Notes: generated by a model from the sequence alone, not told the origin. DNA of 64,000 nt from Flavobacteriaceae bacterium (GCA_965662485.1 CBFIIL010000003.1:1144-65143), one strand, 5' to 3'. Counted from the stretch's first letter, positions 10,623 to 20,230 are shown. Program-made: numbers and translations.

Positions 10623-11459
10623 TTATTTGTTGACTAAATAAATCCCATCGGTTTCAAGACGTACTAAACGCTTTTTATAAAGTGTCCCTAATGCTTTTTT
10701 AAAGGTCTTTTTGCTCATTTGCACTACTTCTCTAATTACTTCTGGAGAAGACTTATCAGTGATGTCTAAAAATCCATTATTATCATTGATAAAATCCAAA
10801 AGCGATTGAGCGCTTGGCTCAATATTACGATAACCGATTTGGGAAAGACTGATGTCAATTTTATTGCTGGGTCTAATTTTTTTGACAATACCTTTTAACT
10901 TATCTCCAATGCTTAAATCTTTAAAAATATCATCTTTAAAAATTAATCCTAAATGGCGTTTATTGATGATGACATTCATACCAAGATCAGAGGGGTGAGA
11001 AACAATCAAATCGACTTCTTCAAAAGGTTCAACGGTAAGTTCTTTGTTGTCCAAAAAACGATTGGTTTTGCTAGATGCCACCAAACGCTCTGAGGTCTCA
11101 TCCAAATAGCAGTATACCAAATACCATCCTCCTTTTTTCATTTTAAAAGCTTGCTCTCGAAAAGGACAAAACAATTCTTTAACCATTCCCCAATCTAAAA
11201 AAGCACCAAATTCATTGACAGCATTACAACGTAAAAGGGCAAATTCTCCTTTTTTTATGTATGGCGTATCTGTAACAGCAACCAATCGCTCATCATTATC
11301 CAAATAGACAAAAACATCTAAAACGTCATCAATTTCAAAAGTATTTGGAACATATCTGTTTGGCAATAAAACCTCATTGTCCTCATCATCACCCAAAAAA
11401 AGTCCTGGATCTGTATCCCTTAAAATTCTTAATCTATTGTACTCCCCTAATTGAATCAT
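10623..11459 (-). CDS. cvfB: CvfB-family S1 RNA-binding protein
   Basis: GAFLDWG, SKKTFKKALGTLYK; start moved to MIQLG at 11459, just after a TACCTTTG promoter element. Confidence 0.85.
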   Translation of the reverse strand: MIQLGEYNRLRILRDTDPGLFLGDDEDNEVLLPNRYVPNTFEIDDVLDVFVYLDNDERLVAVTDTPYIKKGEFALLRCNAVNEFGAFLDWGMVKELFCPFREQAFKMKKGGWYLVYCYLDETSERLVASSKTNRFLDNKELTVEPFEEVDLIVSHPSDLGMNVIINKRHLGLIFKDDIFKDLSIGDKLKGIVKKIRPSNKIDISLSQIGYRNIEPSAQSLLDFINDNNGFLDITDKSSPEVIREVVQMSKKTFKKALGTLYKKRLVRLETDGIYLVNK

Positions 11460-11679
11460 TGTGCAAAGGTAAGCATAATGCAACAGAAATGTAACTCCAA
11501 TACGACAAATTGAAATCCATAAATTGAGATTAAAATCTACCTCAAAAAAATATTTAATTTATGTTCATTGCATTGATAAGATTATAATTTTAAGATTGAA
11601 TTTTTACAATATCCTCAAAAATTTAATAAAATTTCATTCTACGAAGTTTAAAGTTGACAATTTGTATAATTTAGCTGAA

Positions 11680-12534
11680 ATGAAAAAATTCACCATTATA
11701 GTTCGTTGCAATGATCAACAAGGAATAATTTCAGCCACAACTAGTTTTATACTTGAAAATCAGGGAAATATCACCTATGTAGATCAACATGTCGACCACG
11801 AACAAGGTGTGTTTTTTATGCGTTTAGAATGTGATTTTCTAAGCACACTATTTTCAAGCATTGAATTCTCAAAATCATTTGAAAAATCAGTTGCTAAGAA
11901 GTTTAACATGAATTGGGAATTGTTTGATTCTGAATCTATACCAAAAATGGCGCTTTTTGTGTCGAAGTATGACCATTGTTTATATGATATTTTAGGCCGT
12001 TTTAAATCTGGTGAACTAAAAGTTGAAATACCATTTATTTGCAGTAATCATAAAGATTTGGGGGAAATTGCGGAGCGTTTTGACATCCCTTTCTTTCATG
12101 TGCCCATTTCTGCTGAAACACGAAAAGAGGCAGAACTTCGACATTTGGAGTTACTTAAATCATATGATGCAGATTTTGTGGTATTGGCACGTTATATGCA
12201 AATAATTCCACAAGGATTAATTGATGCCTACCCCTCAAAAATCATAAATATTCATCACTCTTTCTTACCTGCATTTGTGGGTGCAAAACCTTATCATTCT
12301 GCATTCGAGCGTGGTGTGAAAATTATTGGAGCAACCTCACATTATGTAACAACAGAATTGGATGCTGGCCCTATTATTGAGCAAGATGTATCTCGAGTAT
12401 CGCACACTCATACCATAAAAGATTTAATCAGCAAAGGTAGGGATTTAGAGAAAATTGTACTTTCCACAGCTATTAAACATCATATTCAAAGAAAAGTGAT
12501 GGTATATGATAATAAAACAGTTATTTTTTCTTGA
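11680..12534 (+). CDS. purU: Formyltetrahydrofolate deformylase
   Basis: ACT domain, VLARYMQI, INIHHSFLPAF, GATSHYVT, LDAGPIIEQD; likely start MKKFT at 11680. Confidence 0.94.
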   Translation: MKKFTIIVRCNDQQGIISATTSFILENQGNITYVDQHVDHEQGVFFMRLECDFLSTLFSSIEFSKSFEKSVAKKFNMNWELFDSESIPKMALFVSKYDHCLYDILGRFKSGELKVEIPFICSNHKDLGEIAERFDIPFFHVPISAETRKEAELRHLELLKSYDADFVVLARYMQIIPQGLIDAYPSKIINIHHSFLPAFVGAKPYHSAFERGVKIIGATSHYVTTELDAGPIIEQDVSRVSHTHTIKDLISKGRDLEKIVLSTAIKHHIQRKVMVYDNKTVIFS

Positions 12535-12544
12535 TTTTATAAAA

Positions 12545-12574
12545 AAAAGCATCATGAAAAATCATAATGCTTTT
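12545..12574. terminator. Probable bidirectional intrinsic terminator between purU and DUF2853 gene
   Basis: AAAAGCATCATGA-AAAA-TCATAATGCTTTT imperfect hairpin between convergent genes. Confidence 0.6.
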
Positions 12575-12595
12575 CTTTAAATTTTAAAGCTTATT

Positions 12596-12934
12596 CTAAT
12601 AAACAGATTCCTTACCAAAATGTTTAGTTAGTAAATAATACACAACTGCGCGGTATTTATTGCGGTTAGACTGACCATAAAGGTCTAGAACTTTGTTGAT
12701 ACCTTCATCTAATTTTGGAGAATCGCTCAGTCCTAGTTTTTTGATTAAAAAGTTGTTACGGATGGTTTCAATCTCATTTGGATCGCTTCCAGCAACAGTA
12801 CTTGCATCATCTTTATAGATAGAAGGACCACAGCCAATAGTGACTTTTGTTAATAATTCCATATCTGGATTTACATTACATTTCGATTTTAAATCCTCCG
12901 CATACTTTTCAATAAGTTGTTCTTTTTTGTTCAT
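12596..12934 (-). CDS. DUF2853 family protein
   Basis: VTIGCGPSIY, NFLIKKLGL, RNKYRAVVYYLL characteristic of this family. Confidence 0.8.
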   Translation of the reverse strand: MNKKEQLIEKYAEDLKSKCNVNPDMELLTKVTIGCGPSIYKDDASTVAGSDPNEIETIRNNFLIKKLGLSDSPKLDEGINKVLDLYGQSNRNKYRAVVYYLLTKHFGKESVY

Positions 12935-13039
12935 AACAATTCTAGGGTTTATTAATAATTATTTTGGTATTGTCAAACACAATATCCTATACGACATGAC
13001 ACATAATTTTTAAAAAAGTCACATTTTTTTTCAAAAAAG

Positions 13040-14725
13040 TTAGACTAATTGATCAAAATAAGAGAGAAGAATCTTATCGTTTTCGGAATATGGAGTAAAT
13101 ATTTCAAGTAGTTTTGGTGTATTATTGTCATTAAAAAATGTAAATAAAGCATCATTTAATGTCGCTATTGAATCAGCAGAACTATATGTGAATCCAAAAT
13201 CTTGAGCAAGAGTTTTTGCAGAACGTTGGTGCTTGGTTTCAAAATAGGTTTCAAAAAGTTCAGAATTATCATTTCCTGGTAAAATTCTAAAAATCCCACC
13301 GCCATTATTATTAACAACAATAATTTTAAAGTTATCAGGAATATAATTGTTCCATAGACCATTGATGTCATACAAAAAACTTAAATCGCCTGTAATCAAA
13401 AGCGTAGGAAGTTGAGATACAACAGAAGCTCCAACAGCGGTACTTGTAGAGCCATCTATGCCACTAGTTCCCCTGTTACAGTACAAATGAATCGAGCTAT
13501 CAAACTCAAAAAGCTGCAAATAACGAATTGCAGAGCTATTTCCCGACTGAACCATATAATTATTTGGTATTGCTTCAGAAATCAATTCAAAGGCCTTAAA
13601 ATCACTAAAAGGCATGGATTTTAGGTAGTTGGTGTGTCTTTTTAAACGCAATTGTTTTATGGCGTTCCAAGTTTTAAAATAAGTACTGTCTGATGATTTT
13701 GAGGATTTAAACAATGCTTTAAAAAATACAGTTGGAGTGCATTTAAAATGCTTGTTTAAACAAAAGTAAGTGTCGTTTGCCTTATGGTTGTCAATATGCC
13801 AATGCTGGTTGGGTTTGTAATCCCTTAGAAATGCTTTTACTTTTTTGGATACAATAAGTCCACCAAAAGTGACCAATAAATCAGGTTGAAGTTGTTTAAA
13901 TTCATTCTTTTTTAAAGGTGCTATCAATTGATCAATTGAGGGGAAAAAATTTGGATGGTGCAAATTAGAGGTGGTCTCTGTAAGGACGATTACAGAGGGG
14001 TCATTCGCTAAATGTTCTATAATTGATGATTCCAAAGAATTTGGAGGTTTTACGCCCACCAATACTAGCTTTCTTTTAGCATTTTGCCACGTTTTTAGTG
14101 TTGAATTGCTAATTTGAATAGAAGTGTTGAGTAATTCTTTTTTTAAAACACTCTGTATTAAAATAGGTTGATTTACAGTTTCATATAAAGGTTCATCAAA
14201 AGGAATATTAATATGTACTGGACCCATTTTTTGTTGAGCGTTATCAAGTGCTTTAGAGATGAGTATTTGCGCTTTTTTTTGAAAATATTGCACTCCAAAA
14301 GGAAAGCGTTTTTTTGTTGGTTTCAAATTGGCTTCAAAAAGAACATGCTTACCAAAAGCATGGGGTTGAATAATGGTTTGACCATCGCCAACATTGATAA
14401 GATGCGGAGGACGATCGGCAGAAATAACCACCAATGGTAGACCAGTATAAAATGCTTCTGCAACAGCAGGATAATAATTTAATAATGCACTACCAGAAGT
14501 ACAAACAACTGCTACAGGTTCTGAAGTTTGTTGAGCAATACCCAATGCAAAAAAGGCAGCAGAACGTTCGTCAACAATACTATAACACTTAAAAAAAGAT
14601 TGATTCGTAAAACCAATAGTAAGCGGTGCGTTACGACTCCCCGGTGAAATTACAATATGTTTTACACCTTTGGCTTCGCAAAGTTGGATTATGAATTGTG
14701 CTAAATCGTGTTTTGGCCATTTCAT
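13040..14725 (-). CDS. menD: SEPHCHC synthase
   Basis: SPGSRNAPL, DERSAAFFALG, CTSGSA, NRGTSGIDG, GDLSFLYD; start moved to MKWPK at 14725. Confidence 0.95.
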   Translation of the reverse strand: MKWPKHDLAQFIIQLCEAKGVKHIVISPGSRNAPLTIGFTNQSFFKCYSIVDERSAAFFALGIAQQTSEPVAVVCTSGSALLNYYPAVAEAFYTGLPLVVISADRPPHLINVGDGQTIIQPHAFGKHVLFEANLKPTKKRFPFGVQYFQKKAQILISKALDNAQQKMGPVHINIPFDEPLYETVNQPILIQSVLKKELLNTSIQISNSTLKTWQNAKRKLVLVGVKPPNSLESSIIEHLANDPSVIVLTETTSNLHHPNFFPSIDQLIAPLKKNEFKQLQPDLLVTFGGLIVSKKVKAFLRDYKPNQHWHIDNHKANDTYFCLNKHFKCTPTVFFKALFKSSKSSDSTYFKTWNAIKQLRLKRHTNYLKSMPFSDFKAFELISEAIPNNYMVQSGNSSAIRYLQLFEFDSSIHLYCNRGTSGIDGSTSTAVGASVVSQLPTLLITGDLSFLYDINGLWNNYIPDNFKIIVVNNNGGGIFRILPGNDNSELFETYFETKHQRSAKTLAQDFGFTYSSADSIATLNDALFTFFNDNNTPKLLEIFTPYSENDKILLSYFDQLV

Positions 14726-14780
14726 TAGTGTGCAAAGGTATTCATTTTGCACCATTTTGTTATGTTAAAAAAGATGTAAT

Positions 14781-15845
14781 TTAAGAACCTAAAACAGACT
14801 TTATGGTGTTCAATTTTTCCTCTGTTTCGTTCCATTCTTTGTCCACATCGGATTTTGAAGTAATTCCACCTCCTGCAAAAAGTGTTGCAAAATTATTTTC
14901 AAAATGCATACATCGCAAATTAACGACTAGGTTTGTAAATGGAATATGATTTTCATTGGGTATGTTTATTTCACCTAGAAAACCTGAGTAATATGCACGA
15001 TTTATGGTTTCATTATTTCCAATAAAGTCCATAGCCAAAGATTTTGGCGTACCACAAACAGCTGGTGTTGGATGAATACTAAAAATTAGATTTTTTAGAG
15101 ATTCTGAAGTCACCTTAAGTTTACCTATTAAAGTTGTTTGAAGATGCAACAGTTTTCCTGCTTTTATAGTTTTTGGAGCAGAAACTTCTAATTCTGTAAG
15201 GTGCTGTGACAATTCATTTTTTAAAAATTCTGTTACGATTTTTTGTTCTTCATGATTTTTGGTGTCCCACTCCACTTGAGACAAGCCCTTGTAAACTTGT
15301 GTTCCTGCCAAAGCCATGGTCCTTACTTTTCGACCTTTAATTTTCAATAGTGTTTCGGGTGAAGCCCCTAACCAAAATCCTGTTTTCGGATGAAACCAAC
15401 AGTAGACATAAGCTTCTGGATAAGAAGTTGCAATGGACAAAAAAAGTTCAATCTCATCGTAGTTATGAAATTCTAATGTTAAGGTTCGTGCCAAAACTAC
15501 TTTCTCTAATTCAGATGAATTAATCTCATCTATGGCTTGGCGGATTAAATTTTTATGTATTGATGGTTCTGACTTTAGAGCAGTTGGATTATTTTTTTTT
15601 AAAGAAATTGGTGTAGTGTCTAAATGCAATTCTTTTGATGCTTCTAAAGGGATTAAATATGTTGGAATTGTATTATCAAACGGGGAAAAAACAAATCCTA
15701 TTTCTTTAAAATCTGAGGTTGTGTATGTTTTAGTGTTTGTTTGAAGTGTGGCTTTGATTGAAGTTTTACCAAAATCAGAATATAAAACAAATGGCTTGTT
15801 TTCTTGAATTTGTAATTTTATTAAACCAAAGAAAGAGTTGGGCAT
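14781..15845 (-). CDS. menF: Isochorismate synthase
   Basis: KVVLAR, GASPE, ALAGT, HPTPAVCG, AGGGIT chorismate-binding motifs. Confidence 0.9.
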   Translation of the reverse strand: MPNSFFGLIKLQIQENKPFVLYSDFGKTSIKATLQTNTKTYTTSDFKEIGFVFSPFDNTIPTYLIPLEASKELHLDTTPISLKKNNPTALKSEPSIHKNLIRQAIDEINSSELEKVVLARTLTLEFHNYDEIELFLSIATSYPEAYVYCWFHPKTGFWLGASPETLLKIKGRKVRTMALAGTQVYKGLSQVEWDTKNHEEQKIVTEFLKNELSQHLTELEVSAPKTIKAGKLLHLQTTLIGKLKVTSESLKNLIFSIHPTPAVCGTPKSLAMDFIGNNETINRAYYSGFLGEINIPNENHIPFTNLVVNLRCMHFENNFATLFAGGGITSKSDVDKEWNETEEKLNTIKSVLGS

Positions 15846-15851
15846 TATTAG

Positions 15852-16271
15852 TTATTTTGGAAGTGTGATTGTCGTTAATTTACACAAAGAAACAAGATCA
15901 TTATTATCATTTGTAACTTTAATATCAAATACCTGAGTTGTTCGACCGCTATGTATACATTTTGCTTTAGCATAAACAAACCCCTCTTTCACACTTTTTA
16001 CATGTTGAGCCGATAGATCTATACCGCGCACAAAATAGGTGTCTGTATCTAGAAAAATATGTGCTGCAAAACTACCTACGGTTTCAGCCAGTGCTGCAGT
16101 TGCTCCACCATGAAGCACTCCATCGGGCTGATGAACACGATTGTTTACAGGCATTTTTGCAATGATAAAATCGTCTCCAGCATCTACAAATTCAATTTGT
16201 AGAGTTTCCATTAAATTACCTTTACAGACCTTATTGGCTTCATGTAGTAATTCTTCTTTGGATAATTTCAT
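15852..16271 (-). CDS. menI: PaaI/hotdog thioesterase, probable DHNA-CoA thioesterase
   Basis: HQPDGVLHGGATAALAETVGS; directly upstream of menF. Confidence 0.78.
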   Translation of the reverse strand: MKLSKEELLHEANKVCKGNLMETLQIEFVDAGDDFIIAKMPVNNRVHQPDGVLHGGATAALAETVGSFAAHIFLDTDTYFVRGIDLSAQHVKSVKEGFVYAKAKCIHSGRTTQVFDIKVTNDNNDLVSLCKLTTITLPK

Positions 16272-16307
16272 TAGTTTTAAAATTTTAGTAAAAATACAAA
16301 AAGAAAA

Positions 16308-16325
16308 AACGGCTGAATAGCCGTT
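16308..16325 (-). terminator. Intrinsic terminator (second one downstream of proteorhodopsin)
   Basis: AACGGCT-GAAT-AGCCGTT hairpin followed on the minus strand by a U-rich run. Confidence 0.55.
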
Positions 16326-16344
16326 GAACGTTAAAAATTAATCA

Positions 16345-16378
16345 AAAAAAAGCGCAATTAAAATTGCGCCTTTTTTTT
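16345..16378. terminator. Intrinsic terminator downstream of proteorhodopsin
   Basis: GCGCAATT-AA-AATTGCGC hairpin flanked by A and T runs. Confidence 0.75.
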
Positions 16379-16399
16379 AAAGTTAAATTGGTATTACAA

Positions 16400-17131
16400 T
16401 TAAGCAGTCTTTTTAACAGCTAAAGAGTAAATAACTAGTCCAAATCCAATCTTGTTGATTGCATCTGCAATGTTGTAAAGAACTTGCATGTCAAGCTCCA
16501 TTCCGAAGAATTGTCCTGCTGCTCCATACCATCCCTCAGTTCCAGCCATGTAACCTACTGGATAAATTGCCCATCCAACAAGTACAAACCAGCAAAGGAT
16601 TTTGTGAGCATGTAAAACATCTCCACCAGCTTCTTTAGCTAATTTTGCTGCTCCACCTAACCAGATTTCATAAACAATCACGAAATAAGCAATACCTGAA
16701 ATAGTACCCCAGATTACTGCGTCTCCTCCAGATTCTCCAATGTAACCAGTTACAAGCATAATAACAGATAATAAAATCATCTTGTTAAGTAATGTTTTTG
16801 TAGCACCAGCCACCTTAAGAATCAAATAGAATTCAACACACATTAATGGTACTGTAAGAATCCAATCTACATAACGGAATGCTGTAACATTTTCAAGTGC
16901 TCCAGCCATAGCCGCATCTCTCATGTACCAGTAATGAACTGCTGCAATGAAAGTAATTAAACCAGAAACTAAAACTGAAGATCTCCATTTTTTGTCAAAT
17001 TGGTTTAATGAAAGGAAAAAGAAGGCAGATGCTGCCATCATAGCCATACATCCAATAAAGAATGTGAAATTCACTGGGTCGTTAACGTTACCAGTAACGT
17101 CTGCAACAAGTGGTAAGAATAAATTTGTCAT
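16400..17131 (-). CDS. Proteorhodopsin, light-driven proton pump, green-absorbing type
   Basis: RYVDWILTVPLMCVE (D89, T93, M97, E100 = DTE with Met at tuning site), H66 in AVHYWYMR, DAINK with Schiff-base K227, seven TM helices. Confidence 0.96.
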   Translation of the reverse strand: MTNLFLPLVADVTGNVNDPVNFTFFIGCMAMMAASAFFFLSLNQFDKKWRSSVLVSGLITFIAAVHYWYMRDAAMAGALENVTAFRYVDWILTVPLMCVEFYLILKVAGATKTLLNKMILLSVIMLVTGYIGESGGDAVIWGTISGIAYFVIVYEIWLGGAAKLAKEAGGDVLHAHKILCWFVLVGWAIYPVGYMAGTEGWYGAAGQFFGMELDMQVLYNIADAINKIGFGLVIYSLAVKKTA

Positions 17132-17162
17132 TTTTCTAAAAATTTTGTTAGTTTTGTTTTAA

Positions 17163-17170
17163 CAAATGTA
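17163..17170 (-). promoter_or_regulatory. Bacteroidota -7 promoter element for proteorhodopsin
   Basis: TACATTTG on minus strand, ~30 nt before the ATG. Confidence 0.55.
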
Positions 17171-17241
17171 TCAATTTTTTAGACAAAAGTTTATCAAATG
17201 AATTTTTTTTTGCTCCAAAACTGATTATTTAACAAATATTT

Positions 17242-18135
17242 ATGAAAAAAAATTACAGATTCTCAATCGTGTTTAGCTTCCTTGGATTGTGGATTACTAC
17301 CTTATTTCCCGAAGATTTTGAACTTTTTTTAGGCTTTTTTCTCATTTTCACATTTGGGATGATACATGGTTCTAATGATATGTTGATTGTTAATAAACTA
17401 ACAAATCTTAAAAAAACGAGTTTTATCAAAACCCTCGCAACATATCTCCTCGTTGTCAGCATTGCGGTGTTAATTTTCTACTGGCTACCTAGTATTGCAT
17501 TAATCCTTTTTGTTTGTTTTAGCGCCTATCATTTTGGAGAACAGCACTGGGAAGAAAGTCTTGAATCAATTACGAATACATCGAAAAGACTTTATTTTTT
17601 CGCCTATGGTCTTTTTGTTTTATTTATGGTGTTTTATTTTAATGAAGCAAGTGTTAAAATGATTGTGAATGAAATCAGTGGGATGACATTAAATCAATTA
17701 TATACTGAACATGTATTAATAACACTTGGAGTTTTTATGCTAAGCTTTTTAGCTGTAATGTTGAGACAGAAAGAAATTAAGTTAAATACAGTTATAACAG
17801 AGCTGTTTACTCTTTTGGTGCTTGTTATAATATTCAAATCCTCTTCGCTCATATGGGGGTTCACCATTTATTTTATCATCTGGCACAGTATCCCATCATT
17901 ATTGGAGCAAATACGATTTGCATATGGTAGTTTAGACCGAAAAAATATTATAAATTATACAAAAGCTGCCCTTCCTTATTGGCTAGTTTCTTTGGTTGGA
18001 ATGACTTTACTTTATTTTGTTTTTAAGGACGAAAAACATTTTTATAGTTTGTTCTTTGCTTTTATTGCCGCTGTAACCTTTCCACATTCTATTGTAATGT
18101 TGAAAATGTTCACTAAAAAAAGTAAACATTTTTAA
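17242..18135 (+). CDS. blh: Brp/Blh beta-carotene 15,15'-dioxygenase (retinal synthesis)
   Basis: Four His motifs (GMIHGSND, AYHFGEQH, IWHSIPS, TFPHSIVM), multi-TM, adjacent to rhodopsin. Confidence 0.93.
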   Translation: MKKNYRFSIVFSFLGLWITTLFPEDFELFLGFFLIFTFGMIHGSNDMLIVNKLTNLKKTSFIKTLATYLLVVSIAVLIFYWLPSIALILFVCFSAYHFGEQHWEESLESITNTSKRLYFFAYGLFVLFMVFYFNEASVKMIVNEISGMTLNQLYTEHVLITLGVFMLSFLAVMLRQKEIKLNTVITELFTLLVLVIIFKSSSLIWGFTIYFIIWHSIPSLLEQIRFAYGSLDRKNIINYTKAALPYWLVSLVGMTLLYFVFKDEKHFYSLFFAFIAAVTFPHSIVMLKMFTKKSKHF

Positions 18136-18139
18136 TAAA

Positions 18140-18171
18140 AAAAAAGCACAACCAAATGGTTGTGCTTTTTT
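18140..18171. terminator. Bidirectional intrinsic terminator between blh and dnaK
   Basis: Perfect inverted repeat AAAAAAGCACAACCA-AA-TGGTTGTGCTTTTTT. Confidence 0.88.
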
Positions 18172-18190
18172 AAATCAGTAAAATTAATTT

Positions 18191-20095
18191 TTATTTAACT
18201 TCTTCGAAATCAACATCTTCAACATTGTCGCCTTCAGATTGTGCATCTGAACCAGCTTCTGGACCAGCATCTCCACCTGCAGCTTGCGCTTCTTGTTGAG
18301 CTTTGTACATTTCTTCGCTTGCAACTTTCCATGCCTCGTTGATTTTTTCTAAAGCAGGATCTATAATTGCAATATCTTTTGTTTCGTAAGCTTTTTTCAA
18401 TTCTTCCAAAGCAGCTTCAATTGGTTGTTTTTTGTCGTCTGACAACTTATCACCAAATTCTTTTAATTGCTTTTCTGTTTGAAAAATCATCGCATCGGCA
18501 CTGTTGAGCTTATCAGCAGTCTCCTTTGCCTTGGCATCAGCTTCAGCATTTGCTTCTGCGTCTTGCTTCATTTTCTGAATTTCCTCTTCGGTCAAACCAG
18601 ATGACGCTTCAATACGAATATCTTGCGATTTATTAGTTGCTTTATCTGTTGCAGAAACCTTTATAATTCCATTGGCGTCAATATCAAAAGTAACTTCAAT
18701 TTGAGGTACACCTCTTTGTGCTGGTGGAATTCCATCTAAATGAAAACGTCCAATAGTTTTGTTATCGCCTGCCATAGCACGTTCCCCTTGAAGCACATGA
18801 ATTTCTACAGAGGGCTGATTATCAGCAGCTGTTGAAAATACTTGTGATTTCTTTGTTGGAATTGTTGTATTGGCTTCTATTAACTTTGTCATTACATTAC
18901 CCATAGTTTCAATTCCAAGCGATAATGGAGTAACGTCCAAAAGCAATACATCTTTAACATCTCCTGTCAGTACTCCGCCTTGAATGGCTGCTCCTACGGC
19001 AACAACCTCATCTGGATTTACACCTTTATTAGGTTTTTTACCAAAAAATTGCTCAACCGCCTCTTGTACTGCTGGAATACGTGTTGATCCTCCTACCAAT
19101 ATGATTTCATCAATATCGCTTTTTGAAAGACCTGCGGCTTTTAGTGCAGTTTCACATGGCTTGATTGTTCTTTTTACTAAATCATCGATTAATTGCTCAA
19201 ATTTTGAACGCGACAATGTACGTACTAAGTGTTTTGGTCCGCTAGCCGTTGCTGTTACATAAGGCAAGTTGATCTCTGTTTGAGCAGAAGATGAAAGTTC
19301 AATTTTTGCTTTTTCTGCAGCTTCCTTTAAACGCTGAAGCGCCATAGGATCTTTTCTAAGGTCCATATCCTCATCAGCTATAAATTCTTCTGCTAACCAG
19401 TTTATAATTTTTTCATCAACATCATCACCTCCTAGGTGTGTATCTCCATCTGTAGAAAGTACTTCAAATACACCATCTCCAAGTTCCAAAATAGAAACAT
19501 CGTGAGTACCACCACCAAAGTCAAAAACAACAATAGTTTGGTCTTTCCCTTTTTTATCTAATCCATAAGCCAATGCAGCAGCTGTTGGCTCATTTATAAT
19601 TCGTCTTACTTTTAAACCTGCAATTTCGCCAGCTTCTTTTGTGGCTTGACGTTGCGCATCATTAAAGTAGGCAGGAACCGTAACTACAGCTTCTGTTACT
19701 TCTTGATCTAAAAACTCCTCTGCAGTTTTTTTCATTTTCTGAAGGACCATAGCAGAAAGCTCTTGTGGTGTGTACAAACGTCCATCGATATCCACACGTG
19801 GTGTATCGTTATCTCCCTTAACTACTTGATATGGGACACGCCCAACCTCTTGTTTAGATTCAGAGAATTTGTTACCCATAAAACGCTTTATAGAGTATAC
19901 GGTTTTCTTAGGGTTTGTAACAGCTTGACGTTTTGCAGGATCGCCTACTTTTATTTCGCCGCCTTCTACAAAAGCAATTACTGAGGGTGTAGTGCGTCGT
20001 CCTTCGGCATTGGTGATGACTACAGGCTCATTACCTTCCATAACAGAAACACATGAGTTGGTCGTTCCTAAATCAATTCCAATAATTTTACTCAT
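18191..20095 (-). CDS. dnaK: Chaperone DnaK
   Basis: [32 protein letters not shown] Hsp70 signatures. Confidence 0.98.
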   Translation of the reverse strand: MSKIIGIDLGTTNSCVSVMEGNEPVVITNAEGRRTTPSVIAFVEGGEIKVGDPAKRQAVTNPKKTVYSIKRFMGNKFSESKQEVGRVPYQVVKGDNDTPRVDIDGRLYTPQELSAMVLQKMKKTAEEFLDQEVTEAVVTVPAYFNDAQRQATKEAGEIAGLKVRRIINEPTAAALAYGLDKKGKDQTIVVFDFGGGTHDVSILELGDGVFEVLSTDGDTHLGGDDVDEKIINWLAEEFIADEDMDLRKDPMALQRLKEAAEKAKIELSSSAQTEINLPYVTATASGPKHLVRTLSRSKFEQLIDDLVKRTIKPCETALKAAGLSKSDIDEIILVGGSTRIPAVQEAVEQFFGKKPNKGVNPDEVVAVGAAIQGGVLTGDVKDVLLLDVTPLSLGIETMGNVMTKLIEANTTIPTKKSQVFSTAADNQPSVEIHVLQGERAMAGDNKTIGRFHLDGIPPAQRGVPQIEVTFDIDANGIIKVSATDKATNKSQDIRIEASSGLTEEEIQKMKQDAEANAEADAKAKETADKLNSADAMIFQTEKQLKEFGDKLSDDKKQPIEAALEELKKAYETKDIAIIDPALEKINEAWKVASEEMYKAQQEAQAAGGDAGPEAGSDAQSEGDNVEDVDFEEVK

Positions 20096-20140
20096 AATTT
20101 ATATGTTGTTTAGATTGTTTTTATTTTATATATCTCTATA

Positions 20141-20184
20141 GTCAATCATTATGCCATGACAGAAAATATGACAAGGTGTCATAT
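20141..20184 (-). promoter_or_regulatory. Putative sigma54-like promoter and palindromic operator upstream of dnaK
   Basis: TGGCATAATGATTGAC (GG-N10-GA) on minus strand plus perfect palindrome ATATGACA-AGG-TGTCATAT. Confidence 0.5.
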
Positions 20185-20230
20185 AAAAACGTTTCTTTTT
20201 CACTATTTTTACCAAAAATATTAAGGCATC

